From Candidatus Hydrogenedentota bacterium (GTDB lineage: Bacteria > Hydrogenedentota > Hydrogenedentia > Hydrogenedentales > SLHB01): a stretch of 64,000 bases of DNA. Of the stretch, positions 1 to 10,768 are shown piece after piece. The stretch lies in assembly GCA_052033955.1 (NCBI GenBank), contig JBPOJD010000008.1, positions 5,628 through 69,627 on the forward strand, given 5' to 3'. Position numbers and translations under genes: made by a program. Position 1 is the first letter of the stretch, and each line of letters starts with the position of its first letter. The notes under the pieces were generated by a model. The model was not told where the DNA came from, did no database searches, and saw nothing but the letters and a program-made list of their open reading frames with translations.

Positions 1-129
1 GGCTTGGACGTGTGGGAACACGCCTACTATCTGCATTACCAGAACCGCCGGCCCGATTACATCGAGGCGTGGTGGAACGTGGTGAACTGGGCTGCCGTGG
101 ACGACCTGTACCAGCACGCCAAGCGGTAA
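1..129 (+). CDS. Fe/Mn superoxide dismutase, C-terminal fragment (5' end outside window)
   Basis: Frame 1 translates to [30 protein letters not shown]...AKR*, the conserved C-terminal signature of Fe/Mn-SOD; stop TAA at 127-129. Confidence 0.8.
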   Translation, partial: GLDVWEHAYYLHYQNRRPDYIEAWWNVVNWAAVDDLYQHAKR

Positions 130-262
130 TACGGACTCCCTCTGGAGCTGTCTCCCAGGCCGGACCTGTTCGCGCGGGTCCGGCCGCGTCACGTTGCGTC
201 GAGGCAGGCCCTGTGCCACAGTAAAGCGCGATGCACTGCGGGAGAATGTTCAGGAGGCCTGG

Positions 263-1960
263 ATGCGCCATGCGTTGCTGATATGCGCGGTGACCGCGGT
301 CACTGCCGTATGGGGAGTGGAACCGGTGTGGGTGCTCGACGTGGACCTGCCGGGCCGCGCGGCCCTGGCCGAAATCACGGCCGTGGGCGGCGACATCGAT
401 GCCGTGCGGGGAGATGCCGCGACCGTGTACGCCACCGGGGCGGTTCGCGACCGGCTCGACGACCTCGGCTACCGCTACCGGGTCATCGAGCGCCAGCCCT
501 CGGCGCTCAAGAGCCTCACCGGCTACAGCACCTACGAGGGGGTGGCCAGCGCCTTGGCGAACCTCGCCGCCGCGCACCCGGACCTCTGCCACCTCACCTC
601 GCTCGGCGTATCGGTGCAAGGCCGCGACCTGTGGGCGCTGCGCATCTCCGACTATCCCGATATCCGCGAGGACGAGCCGGAAGTCCGTCTGATCGCCGCG
701 ATGCACGGCGATGAGCCCTTGGGAACGGAACTGTGCCTGGAGCTGGCGAAGCTTCTGCTCGAAGGCCATGGCGCGGACGGCCGGCTCACCGATCTGGTGA
801 ACGAGACCGCGATCTGGATCGTTCCCCTGATGAACCCGGACGGCCGCGAGATGAACTGGCGCTACAACGCGGGCAGTCAGGACCTCAACCGGGCCTTTCC
901 CGCGTACCCGTGGGATTTCACGGGCACCGTCTTCGACGGCGGACCGCTGGGCGATGCCGGACGGCCGCCGGAGGTCCAGCGTGTCATGCGCTGGGCCGCG
1001 CAGCACCACTTCGTGTTGGCGGCCAACTTCCACACGGGCGCGCTGGTAGTCAATTACCCGTACGACGACGACGGCAACGGCAGTGTGGATTCGCCGACGC
1101 CGGACGACCTTCTGCTCGAAGAGATTTCGCGGCGCTACAGCCGCACCAACGCGCCGATGTGGGCAAGCCCGTACTTCTCCGACGGCATCACCAACGGCGC
1201 GGCCTGGTACAGCGTCAGCGGCGGCATGCAGGACTGGCACTACCGCTACCTGGGATGTATTGAAGTGACCATCGAGCAGTCGGACATCAAGCGCCCGCCG
1301 GTGGGCACGCTGCCGCAGTTCTGGCAGGACAACCGCGAGAGCATGCTCAGCTTTATCGAGAGCGCCCACCTGGGCGTGCGCGGGGTCGTCACCGACAGCG
1401 TCACCGGCGAGCCGGTCTACGCCCAGGTGCTGGTGCAGGGCAACCCCCAGCCCGTGTTCACCCACCCCGGCGTGGGCAACTACCACCGGCTGCTGTTGCC
1501 GGGCAGCTATGACCTGACTGTAACGGCCCCCGGCTACGAACCGTTCTCCGCGACGGGGGTCGAAGTGGTTGCTGGACCGGCGGTGCGGGTGGATGTTGTG
1601 CTGGACTCGACCGATCGCGACGACGACGGCGATGGCATCCCGAATATCGGGGAAGGCAACGCCGATCCCGACGGGGACGGCGTTCCGAACTACCTCGACT
1701 GGGATAGCGACGGGGACGGCATTCCGGACGCCGTCGAGGGGACGGTGGACAGCGACGGCGACGGTATTCCAGATTACCTTGACCTGGACAGCGACAACGA
1801 CGGGTATTCCGACCTGCACGAGATGCTGGCGGGCACTTCGCCGACGGACCCGCTGGATTATCCCTCCGCGCCGCTTCCCCTGTCCGGTGCGGGGCTGGTG
1901 CTGGCGGCCGCTGTCCAACTGCTGTGGGGCGCGCGGGCCGTGCGGCGCGTCCGGCGCTGA
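263..1960 (+). CDS. Secreted M14 zinc carboxypeptidase with thrombospondin type-3 (Ca-binding DxDxDG) repeats and C-terminal hydrophobic/Arg-rich tail
   Basis: HGDEPLGTE zinc-binding motif and [17 protein letters not shown]14 motifs. N-terminal signal peptide [19 protein letters not shown]-terminal repeats DSDGDGIPD x5. Terminal ...[26 protein letters not shown]. Start taken at second in-frame ATG (signal peptide). Confidence 0.8.
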   Translation: MRHALLICAVTAVTAVWGVEPVWVLDVDLPGRAALAEITAVGGDIDAVRGDAATVYATGAVRDRLDDLGYRYRVIERQPSALKSLTGYSTYEGVASALANLAAAHPDLCHLTSLGVSVQGRDLWALRISDYPDIREDEPEVRLIAAMHGDEPLGTELCLELAKLLLEGHGADGRLTDLVNETAIWIVPLMNPDGREMNWRYNAGSQDLNRAFPAYPWDFTGTVFDGGPLGDAGRPPEVQRVMRWAAQHHFVLAANFHTGALVVNYPYDDDGNGSVDSPTPDDLLLEEISRRYSRTNAPMWASPYFSDGITNGAAWYSVSGGMQDWHYRYLGCIEVTIEQSDIKRPPVGTLPQFWQDNRESMLSFIESAHLGVRGVVTDSVTGEPVYAQVLVQGNPQPVFTHPGVGNYHRLLLPGSYDLTVTAPGYEPFSATGVEVVAGPAVRVDVVLDSTDRDDDGDGIPNIGEGNADPDGDGVPNYLDWDSDGDGIPDAVEGTVDSDGDGIPDYLDLDSDNDGYSDLHEMLAGTSPTDPLDYPSAPLPLSGAGLVLAAAVQLLWGARAVRRVRR

Positions 1961-2101
1961 CACTCAGAATGCAAGCGACGGCTCGGAGTACAGGCACCAT
2001 GCGTCGGCCGTGCCGCGGGCGCCCCGAATGCTCCTTGCGCGGATCGGATTGACCGAATTGACCCCTATCCTCGCGGGTCGGACCGCGATGAGGAGCACAC
2101 G

Positions 2102-3058
2102 ATGCATGACGACATGACGCCGTTGCGCCACGACCATGTGTTCGGTCAGGACATCCCGCGATCCGGCGAGCGGCGCACGCGCTGGGTGATCGCGCTCACG
2201 GCGACGGCGATGACCGTGGAAATTGCCGCGGGGATGGCCTTCGGATCCATGGCGCTGCTGGCGGACGGCATGCACATGGCCTCGCACGTGGCGGCGCTCG
2301 GCATCAATGTTCTGGCGTATCAATATGCACGGCGGCACGCCCGGGACAACGGGTTCAGCTTTGGCACGGGCAAGGTGAATGCGCTGGGCGGGTTCACCGG
2401 CGCGCTGCTGCTGGCGGTGTTTGCATTGTTCATGGCGTGGGAGAGTATCGAGCGGATGCTCAGCCCGGTTGCCATCAGCTACGATCAGGCGATTCTCGTG
2501 GCCGTGGCCGGGTTGGTGGTCAATGCGGTCAGCGTGATGCTGCTGGGCGGGGGCCACGATCATGACCACGACGGGGACGACCACGATCATGCCGCACACG
2601 GGCACGGGGCAGGACGCCACCACGACCATAATCTCCGCTCGGCGTACCTGCACGTATTGGCGGACGCGTTGACGTCCGTGCTCGCGATCGTGGCACTGGT
2701 GGCCGGGAAATACGCCGGACTGGCGTGGCTCGATCCGGCCATGGGCGTGGTCGGGGCCATCCTTGTGGCGCGATGGTCGGCCGGGCTGCTCCGCGTCACG
2801 GCGCGGGTACTGCTTGACCGGCAGGCGCCGGCGGCACTCTGCGAGGCGGTCGCGCGCGCGATCGAGTCCGGCGGCGCGGATCGTGTCGCCGATCTCCACG
2901 TATGGAGTATCGGCCCCGGCATCCACGCGGCGATCATAGCCGTGGCGTCGTCCGCGCCGGTCCCGCCCGGTGCGTACAGGAAACGTCTGCCGCCGGGGTT
3001 GGGGCTGGTGCATGTGACCGTCGAAGTCCATGCGCAGACCCCCGGCGATTCGCTATAG
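2102..3058 (+). CDS. Cation diffusion facilitator (CDF) family metal efflux transporter, CzcD/ZitB-like
   Basis: Six predicted TM helices. His-rich cytoplasmic loop HDHDHDGDDHDHAAHGHGAGRHHDH. Conserved TM2/TM5 H/D pairs typical of Zn/Co/Cd CDF proteins. Confidence 0.8.
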   Translation: MHDDMTPLRHDHVFGQDIPRSGERRTRWVIALTATAMTVEIAAGMAFGSMALLADGMHMASHVAALGINVLAYQYARRHARDNGFSFGTGKVNALGGFTGALLLAVFALFMAWESIERMLSPVAISYDQAILVAVAGLVVNAVSVMLLGGGHDHDHDGDDHDHAAHGHGAGRHHDHNLRSAYLHVLADALTSVLAIVALVAGKYAGLAWLDPAMGVVGAILVARWSAGLLRVTARVLLDRQAPAALCEAVARAIESGGADRVADLHVWSIGPGIHAAIIAVASSAPVPPGAYRKRLPPGLGLVHVTVEVHAQTPGDSL

Positions 3059-3109
3059 TATGCGGTGATTGGGCTTGAAGGCGCCGTACTAATCCAGGAG
3101 GAATGATCC

Positions 3110-3934
<825 letters not shown>

Positions 3935-4816
3935 GGGTCCGGCAGGAGCGGGACGGTTCATTCCGTGGGTGCTGGCGGCGCGGCCCAAGACGCTGCCCGC
4001 GGGAGCGGCCCCGGTCGTCCTGGGCACGGTGATGGCCATTGCCTCGGGCGGATTTCACCCTTGGGCGGCGCTGGCGTGTCTGGCGGGCGCGCTCCTCATT
4101 CAGATCGGCACCAATTACGCGAACGACTACTTCGACTACCTGCACGGCGTCGACACGGCGGACCGCATCGGCCCCACCCGCGCCACGCAAGCGGGCTGGG
4201 TGACGCCCACGGCGATGAAATGGGCCGCTGTCGCAGCGTTTGCGCTCGTCCTTCTGCCGGGAGCCTACATCGTGTGGCGGGGGGGCTGGCCCTTTGTCGC
4301 GATCGGCGCGCTGTCGGTGATCTTTGGCGTGCTGTACACGGGCGGGCCGCGTCCACTGGGCTACATGGGTCTCGGTGACCCGCTCGTGCTGATTTTTTTC
4401 GGTCCGGTCGCCGTCGCCGGGACGTACTACGTGCAGACGCTGGCGCTGACCGGCTCGGTCATCGTCGCGGGACTCGCGCCCGGCCTGTTTTCGGTGGCGA
4501 TACTCACCGTCAACAACCTCCGCGACCTCGACCAGGACCGGCGCAGTGGCAAACGGACCCTCGCCGTTCGCTTCGGGCGGACCTATGCGCGCGTCGAGTA
4601 CGCCGCGGCGCTGCTGCTGGCGGCCGGGGCCGTGCCCCTGTTCCTGGCGGCGACCGTGCCGGGACGACCCTGGGCGCTGCTCAGTGTGCTGACGCTACCC
4701 GCGTCGCTCCCGGCGATCCGAGTCGTCTGCACCCGCACACAGGGCGAGGTCCTCAACGCGATGCTCGCCCGGACGGGCGCCTTGTTGTTGTTGTTCACGG
4801 CGTTGTTTTCGATAGG

Positions 4817-5836
4817 GTGGCTCTTGTGATCGAACGCATGCGGATATTCCGCTACCGGCTTCCCCTCACGCTGCCGCTGGTCACGCCCGCGGGTGTGCTG
4901 ATCGAACGCGAAGGGTATCTGGTCGAGCTGACCGATGACAAGCGGGCGACCGGCTACGGCGACATGGCCCCGCTGCCGGGTTTCAGTTCCGAGGCGGGAG
5001 CGGCCGACCTGTCCCGGGCGCTGGCCACGGCGTGCCGCGAGCGGCGCGAGACGTCTGGGGATTGCGAAGAGGACCTGGCCGGGGTCAAATTGCTGGCGGA
5101 CTTCGCCTGGCTCTGCGCGTTGATGGACATGCGGCGGCGGCCGTGCGAAACGGCCAGCATCGAGGTGAACGGTCTGTTGGATCCCCGCGCGGGCGACCTG
5201 GACCGGCAGATCGACGAGCTTCGATCGAATAAATACCGCGTGGTGAAGGTAAAGACGTCCGGCAGCGAACCCGGCGAGGCCCTGCAACAGGCGCACCATG
5301 CCGCGGCGAGCCTCGGCGGAGACGTTGCCTTGCGTCTTGACGCCAACCGGAGCTGGACATTGGGGCAAGCGCTTGCCTTTTGTGACGGAATTCGCGATCT
5401 GAACGTGGAGTATCTGGAAGAGCCGCTGCGCGATCCGGCGGGCGCCGTGGAACTCCGTTCGCGGACGGGCGTGCCGCTTGCCGCCGACGAATCGCTGCGC
5501 GAAGGCGAATGCCCGTGGGCGGACGTGTGGGTGATCAAGCCGACACTCGACCCGAATTGGCTGGAGCACCTGCAGCAGACCTCGGAACGTGGCCAGCGCG
5601 CGGTGATCAGCGCCTGTTTCGAATCGGGCGTCGGCATTGCCGGCCTGGCGCGTCTGGCGACGAAATTCCCGGCGTCGGCGCAGTCGGCGTGCGGTCTCGA
5701 CACCTATCGCTGGCTCGCGCGCGATATCCTGGACCTGCCATTGAAGTTTGCCGAAGGCCGCCTCCTTCTTTCCGATGTTGCGGCAAGCATGGACACCGTG
5801 AACACGAGTGGCCTGGAGTGTGTGCTCGATGAGTGA
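4817..5836 (+). CDS. menC: o-succinylbenzoate synthase (enolase superfamily)
   Basis: Enolase-superfamily barrel with KVK, LRLDAN and EEP motifs. Position between menA and menE. GTG start at 4817 overlapping menA stop; alternative ATG at 4838. Confidence 0.75.
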   Translation: MALVIERMRIFRYRLPLTLPLVTPAGVLIEREGYLVELTDDKRATGYGDMAPLPGFSSEAGAADLSRALATACRERRETSGDCEEDLAGVKLLADFAWLCALMDMRRRPCETASIEVNGLLDPRAGDLDRQIDELRSNKYRVVKVKTSGSEPGEALQQAHHAAASLGGDVALRLDANRSWTLGQALAFCDGIRDLNVEYLEEPLRDPAGAVELRSRTGVPLAADESLREGECPWADVWVIKPTLDPNWLEHLQQTSERGQRAVISACFESGVGIAGLARLATKFPASAQSACGLDTYRWLARDILDLPLKFAEGRLLLSDVAASMDTVNTSGLECVLDE

Positions 5837-7280
5837 GGTCGTGTGCCCGATCGCGGACGCCGCCGAGCGGCGGCCTGGCAGCCTCGCGCTGGTGACGTCG
5901 CACCGGCAGCTCACCTATCGCCAGTATCACCGGTACTGCGCCGGGACGATTGGCAATCTCGAACGCGCGGGCCTCGGCGAAGGGGACCTGCTCGCCATCG
6001 CCCTGCCCAACGGGGTGCAGTACCCGATCATCCTGATGGCCCTGCTGCGCATGGGCGCCATCGGCTGCCTGCTGAACACGAAGCTGCCGATCCAGGGCCT
6101 GCTCCGTGCGCTGGAGTCGGTCAACTGCACGGACCTCGTGAGCCCGTACGGCGTCTCGCATACGTCGGAGTTGGGCAGGCTGTACAGCCTTTCCCCGGCG
6201 GCGCTGGTCGACGAACGCGAGCAGCCTGCCGGACCCGTGACCGTGAACGAGGATCAGCCCGCGACAATCTTCTTTACCTCAGGCAGCACGGGCGAGCCCA
6301 AACCCGTGCTCCACACCTACGCGAACCACTACCGCAATGCCCAGGCCTCCAACGCGAACATCCTGCTCGAGCCGGGCGACTGCTGGCTGGTATCCCTGCC
6401 GATGCACCACGTCGCCGGGGTGTCCATCCTCTTCCGGTGCGCGCTGGCCGGAGCGGCGGTCGCCTTTCCCCGGCCGCAGGAGCCCGTGCACGCGGCCATC
6501 GCGCGCTACGGCGTCACGCATGTCTCGCTCGTGGCCACCCAGTTCTACCGTCTGCTGGGACAGCCGGAGGCCGTGGCGTCCCTGCGGCGGCTGAAGGCGA
6601 TTCTGCTGGGCGGCAGCGCCGTGCCGCGTCCGCTCATCGATCAGGCACGGGAACTGGGCTTGCCGGTGCGTCTCAGCTACGGCCTGACCGAAATGGCCTC
6701 GCAGGTGACGGCCACGGCGGCGGACGATAGCTGCGAGGAAATGTTCAGTTCAGGCCGGCCGCTTCGGCCGGATACGGTACGCATCGGGGCCGAGGGCGAA
6801 ATCGAGGTGCGCGGTCCGGCGCTGTTTGCGGGCTATGTCCGCGACGGCGCGCTGCACCGGCCGCTGACGCCGGACGGCTGGTTTCGCACGGGCGACACCG
6901 GGCGCGTGGACGACGCGGGCTGTCTGCACGTCACGGGGCGGCGGGACAACATGTTCGTGTCGGGCGGCGAGAACATCCAGCCCGAGGAAATCGAGCAGTG
7001 CCTGTGCAATGTCGACGGCATCGAGCAGGCGCTGGTGGTCCCGGTGGACGACCCGGAGTTCGGTTTCGTGGCGGTGGCCTTCGTGAAGAGCAGCAACAGC
7101 GCGGCGTTCAGTCCGCGCCGGTTGCGCGAGGCGCTGGCCGCGGACCTGCCGCGCTACAAGCTGCCCAAGCTGTTTCTGGCGTGGCCCGAGGCCGCGACGC
7201 AAGAGGGGATGAAGGTGGACCGCCGCGCGTTCCAGAAGATCGCCGCAGCCACCCCGCTTACTCCGTGGCGTCACCATTGA
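5829..7280 (+). CDS. menE: o-succinylbenzoate--CoA ligase (adenylate-forming enzyme)
   Basis: AMP-binding motif TSGSTGEPKPV, YGLTE and GWFRTGD motifs. Follows menC with ATGAGTGA start/stop overlap; alternative start ATG 5808. Confidence 0.8.
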   Translation: MSEVVCPIADAAERRPGSLALVTSHRQLTYRQYHRYCAGTIGNLERAGLGEGDLLAIALPNGVQYPIILMALLRMGAIGCLLNTKLPIQGLLRALESVNCTDLVSPYGVSHTSELGRLYSLSPAALVDEREQPAGPVTVNEDQPATIFFTSGSTGEPKPVLHTYANHYRNAQASNANILLEPGDCWLVSLPMHHVAGVSILFRCALAGAAVAFPRPQEPVHAAIARYGVTHVSLVATQFYRLLGQPEAVASLRRLKAILLGGSAVPRPLIDQARELGLPVRLSYGLTEMASQVTATAADDSCEEMFSSGRPLRPDTVRIGAEGEIEVRGPALFAGYVRDGALHRPLTPDGWFRTGDTGRVDDAGCLHVTGRRDNMFVSGGENIQPEEIEQCLCNVDGIEQALVVPVDDPEFGFVAVAFVKSSNSAAFSPRRLREALAADLPRYKLPKLFLAWPEAATQEGMKVDRRAFQKIAAATPLTPWRHH

Positions 7281-7662
7281 GCGCACGGCGCAACGCGTCC
7301 GGCAGGGCGATGGCGCGCCGGGTCTGCATGTCTACCGCCACGTGCACTGTCCGCCCGCTTCCCGCGGACCGTTCCGGTCCCTGCACGGTATAGCGCACCG
7401 TGAAGCGGCGGCTGCGCACCTCCTCGATGTCGACGCTTACCCGCACGCGATCTCCGGTGATCAGCGGCGCGCTGTAGTCGCACTCGGCATGGACCACGGG
7501 AAGCATGTAGGCACCCTCCGCGATGATCCGGGCAATGCTGAGCCCGTGTGCTTCCATGAAGGCCTCGTACGCGTCATGCATCAGGTCGAAGCGCCGGGCA
7601 AAGAACATCACGCCGCCGGCATCCGTCTCGCGCAGTCTCACCGTGGTCTCGTACTCGAACAT
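7258..7662 (-). CDS. Hotdog-fold acyl-CoA thioesterase (4HBT-like), candidate DHNA-CoA thioesterase
   Basis: 134 aa, 4HBT-like hotdog sequence. Convergent with and overlapping the menE 3' end. Confidence 0.65.
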   Translation of the reverse strand: MFEYETTVRLRETDAGGVMFFARRFDLMHDAYEAFMEAHGLSIARIIAEGAYMLPVVHAECDYSAPLITGDRVRVSVDIEEVRSRRFTVRYTVQGPERSAGSGRTVHVAVDMQTRRAIALPDALRRALNGDATE

Positions 7663-7785
7663 GCCGGAATTCCTCGCGGTTGATTGGTCCCCACGATGCC
7701 CGAAGGCCGCCGCGCAGTCAAGCGCGGTTGCGGGAGCACGGTCTCATGATAGACTATGCGGGGCCAACACAGAAGGGGAACCGGT

Positions 7786-9915
7786 ATGCATCGTCTGATG
7801 TCCATCGCTCTGGTGATGTCCTTCACCTCCGCGGCATCCGCGCACGAGACGGAGCCATGCACAGCCATGAAGACCAGCGTGCAGACGCCGCTGCCCTGGC
7901 AGCCCGGGATCGATCTAGCGGTGGACACCATCATGGTGTACGGCGTGGGTGATGATTTCGCCGGGCGCGCGGCCTCGTGGCGGGACAAGGGCTACTGCAC
8001 GGCCATGATGACGGGCATCTCCTGGGGCAACTACGCCGAGTACTACGGCGCGGGCGACGCCTTCAAGCGCGATGAAGTGCAGACCAAGCGGGACGGCGAG
8101 CTGTACATGCACTCGCCCGGCGTGGGCTATAACGTGCCGACTCCGGGCTATCTCGATTACCTCAAGGCCTACATCGAACCCGCGATCACGGATGGCGTGC
8201 ATGGTATCTTTCTCGAGGAGCCCGAGTTCTGGAGCCTGGCGGGTTGGAGTGCGGCCTTCAAGCAGGCGTGGGAGCAACGGTACGGCAGCGCCTGGGAACC
8301 GCCGGACGCGTCCGTGGCCGCGCAGTACAAGGCCAGCCTGCTCAAGTACGAGATGTACTACGATGCGGTGCGTGATCTCACGGACCACATCAAGCGCCGC
8401 GCCGCGGAGAAGGGGCTGACCATCGGCTGCTACGTGCCAACCCACAGTCTCATCAACTACGCCCACTGGCGCATCGTGAGCCCCGAATCGCGCCTGCTCG
8501 AAATTCCCGGGGTGGACGGCCTCATCGGGCAGGTCTGGACCGGCACCGCAGGCACGGGCGTCTACTATCAGGGCGAACTGAAGAGCCGTTACTTCGAATA
8601 TGCCTTCCTCGAATACGGCCAACTGGTATCGATGACGCGTCCGCATGACGCGAAGCTGTGGTTTCTCGCGGACCCGGTCGAGGACAATTCGGCCCTCACG
8701 TGGGAACACTACCAGCGGGCCTACGAACAGGTCCTGGTGGCGTCGCTTCTGTGGCCGCAGGTGGACCATTTCGAGGTCATGCCGTGGCCCGAGCGCGTCT
8801 TCGCGGGCAAGCACCTGACCGAGGGCGGCGGCGATGCCATGGTGGCGATTCCCCCGGACTACGCGAGCGAACTCCTCGCCGTGGCCAATGCCCTGGCCGA
8901 GATGCCGGGCGCGCCCGCCGCGCTCGATGCGGGCACGGGCCGCATCGGCATGGCCGTCAGCGACACCATGATGTTCCAGCGTTCCGAGCCGCACCACAGC
9001 GACTTCGGGATGGGAGGCGTGTTCGGATTGGCGCTGCCTCTGCTCAAGGCGGGGATTCCCGTCAAACCGGTTCAGCTCGAACACGCCGACAAACCCAGGT
9101 TCCTCGACGACTATGCGGTGCTGCTGCTGTCATACGAACACCAGAAACCGCTCAAGGCAGCCTATCACGAGGCGCTCGCCGCGTGGGTGCGGGCGGGCGG
9201 TGCGCTGCTCTACGCCGAGGCGGGCCCGGACGCCTACCATGCGGTCCCTGCGTGGTGGAACGAAGACGGCGCCGCCGCCAGGACGGCCTGCGACGACCTG
9301 TTCGCGCGCTTGGGCGTCGACGGGGCCGCCGAGGGATTGCAGCCCGCCGGGGACGGATTCGTCTGTGTCCTGCGGCAGAATCCGAAGGATTTGCAGCACA
9401 CGGCGGAGGGCGCGGCGCTGGTCCGCGCGGCGGTGTCGGACCTCGCGGGGGCGCGCGGCCTGACGTGGCGCACGCAGGGGCACCTGGCGATTACGCGCGG
9501 GCCTTACGTGGCCGTGGCCGTCCTGGAGGAGACGGTGGACGCGGATCCCGTCTGCACGCTTTCGGGGCAGTTCGTTGATCTGTTTGCCCCCGGCCTCCCT
9601 GTGCTTCGCGATCCAGCCTTCGGCCCGGGCTCGTACCGGCTGCTCCGGCGCGTTCCCGACGGCGGGGCCATGCCCGCCGTGCTCGCCGCCGCATGCCGCG
9701 TGCGCAGCCAGACCGTCACGGAGGACGGCTTCGCGTTGACCGTCCGGGGTCCGGCGGAGACCGCGGGGCTTCTGCGCGTGCAGATGCCGGAACGGCCGAC
9801 GGAGGTGACATGCGATCCGCCGACCGATGTCGTCCACGAGTGGGACGACGCGTCGAACACGGTCCTGCTGCGCTTCCCGAACACGGCACAGGACGTGACG
9901 ATTACCGTCCGGTAA
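7786..9915 (+). CDS. Secreted protein of unknown function, possible glycoside-hydrolase-like fold with GATase/GH42-middle-like domain
   Basis: Signal peptide MHRLMSIALVMSFTSAASAHE. 709 aa. Weak resemblance of central region (YAVLLLSYEHQKPLKAAYHEALAAWVRAGGALLY) to beta-galactosidase trimerisation/GATase-like domain. No firm family assignment. Confidence 0.5.
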   Translation: MHRLMSIALVMSFTSAASAHETEPCTAMKTSVQTPLPWQPGIDLAVDTIMVYGVGDDFAGRAASWRDKGYCTAMMTGISWGNYAEYYGAGDAFKRDEVQTKRDGELYMHSPGVGYNVPTPGYLDYLKAYIEPAITDGVHGIFLEEPEFWSLAGWSAAFKQAWEQRYGSAWEPPDASVAAQYKASLLKYEMYYDAVRDLTDHIKRRAAEKGLTIGCYVPTHSLINYAHWRIVSPESRLLEIPGVDGLIGQVWTGTAGTGVYYQGELKSRYFEYAFLEYGQLVSMTRPHDAKLWFLADPVEDNSALTWEHYQRAYEQVLVASLLWPQVDHFEVMPWPERVFAGKHLTEGGGDAMVAIPPDYASELLAVANALAEMPGAPAALDAGTGRIGMAVSDTMMFQRSEPHHSDFGMGGVFGLALPLLKAGIPVKPVQLEHADKPRFLDDYAVLLLSYEHQKPLKAAYHEALAAWVRAGGALLYAEAGPDAYHAVPAWWNEDGAAARTACDDLFARLGVDGAAEGLQPAGDGFVCVLRQNPKDLQHTAEGAALVRAAVSDLAGARGLTWRTQGHLAITRGPYVAVAVLEETVDADPVCTLSGQFVDLFAPGLPVLRDPAFGPGSYRLLRRVPDGGAMPAVLAAACRVRSQTVTEDGFALTVRGPAETAGLLRVQMPERPTEVTCDPPTDVVHEWDDASNTVLLRFPNTAQDVTITVR

Positions 9916-9927
9916 GCGAGGGCGTCC

Positions 9928-10743
9928 TCAACGGCCGCCGCGCTTGCGATCCTGAATGGTTGTGGTATGGCCGCGTGCGCCGCGCCGCAGCAGTGCGCGC
10001 GTGGTCCGGGGAAGATGCCGCGCGATCCACACGATGATCTTGCCGTGAACCGTGATGACCTTTTCCGCGCGCCGCTTGTACAGGGCGTCGACGATCTGCC
10101 TGGCGGCCTGATCTACCGGCATGCACAGCCACTTCGGGACTGGATCCGGCCAGTCCTCGCGGAATTGCCCGGTGTTGTCGGTGCTACGGATGTCGCTCTC
10201 GACGAATCCGGGCGCGATCATCGTGACCGAGACGCCTTCGCCGGCGAGTTCACAGTAGAGCGCGCCTCCCAGTCCTTCGAGCGCAAACTTGCTGGCGCAG
10301 TACGCGCCCGAGGTGGGCGTCGAGATGTGGCCGGCCACGCTCGACACGATGCCCAGCCGCCCTTGGCTGGCGCGGAGATACGGAAGGGTCGCGTAGAGGG
10401 TGTCCACGACGCCGAAGACGTTGACGTCGAACTGGCGGCGCAGATCGGCGGTCGTGAGATCCGCCAGAATGCCGCTGACCCCGAAACCGGCGTTCGCCAG
10501 CACCACGTCGATGCCCCCGAACTCGGAGGCGGTGCGCGCCGCGGCGTTGTCCAGATCCTCCCGCCGCGTCACGTCGCCCGGCAGCGCCAGCGCGGCGCCG
10601 CCTCCAGCGCGGATCTCATCGGCGAGCGCTTCGACGCGGTCCGCGCGGCGTGCAAACAGCGCCACCTTCGCGCCCTCGCGCGCAAACATGCGGGCCGTGG
10701 CGGCACCGATGCCCGAAGAGGCCCCGGTGATGAAGACGGACAT
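9928..10743 (-). CDS. Short-chain dehydrogenase/reductase (SDR) family oxidoreductase
   Basis: TGASSGIG cofactor motif, NAG, catalytic S...YxxxK (YCASK). Confidence 0.85.
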   Translation of the reverse strand: MSVFITGASSGIGAATARMFAREGAKVALFARRADRVEALADEIRAGGGAALALPGDVTRREDLDNAAARTASEFGGIDVVLANAGFGVSGILADLTTADLRRQFDVNVFGVVDTLYATLPYLRASQGRLGIVSSVAGHISTPTSGAYCASKFALEGLGGALYCELAGEGVSVTMIAPGFVESDIRSTDNTGQFREDWPDPVPKWLCMPVDQAARQIVDALYKRRAEKVITVHGKIIVWIARHLPRTTRALLRRGARGHTTTIQDRKRGGR

Positions 10744-10768
10744 GCCCTCGAATCGCCTTGCCACCGCG

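Noticed and set aside
1620-1830. Periodic DNA repeats (GACGGGGACGGCATTCCGGAC-like) that could be mistaken for a CRISPR-like array
   Set aside because: They lie inside an intact reading frame and encode thrombospondin-type-3 DxDxDGxxD calcium-binding repeats. No spacer/repeat regularity and no cas genes.
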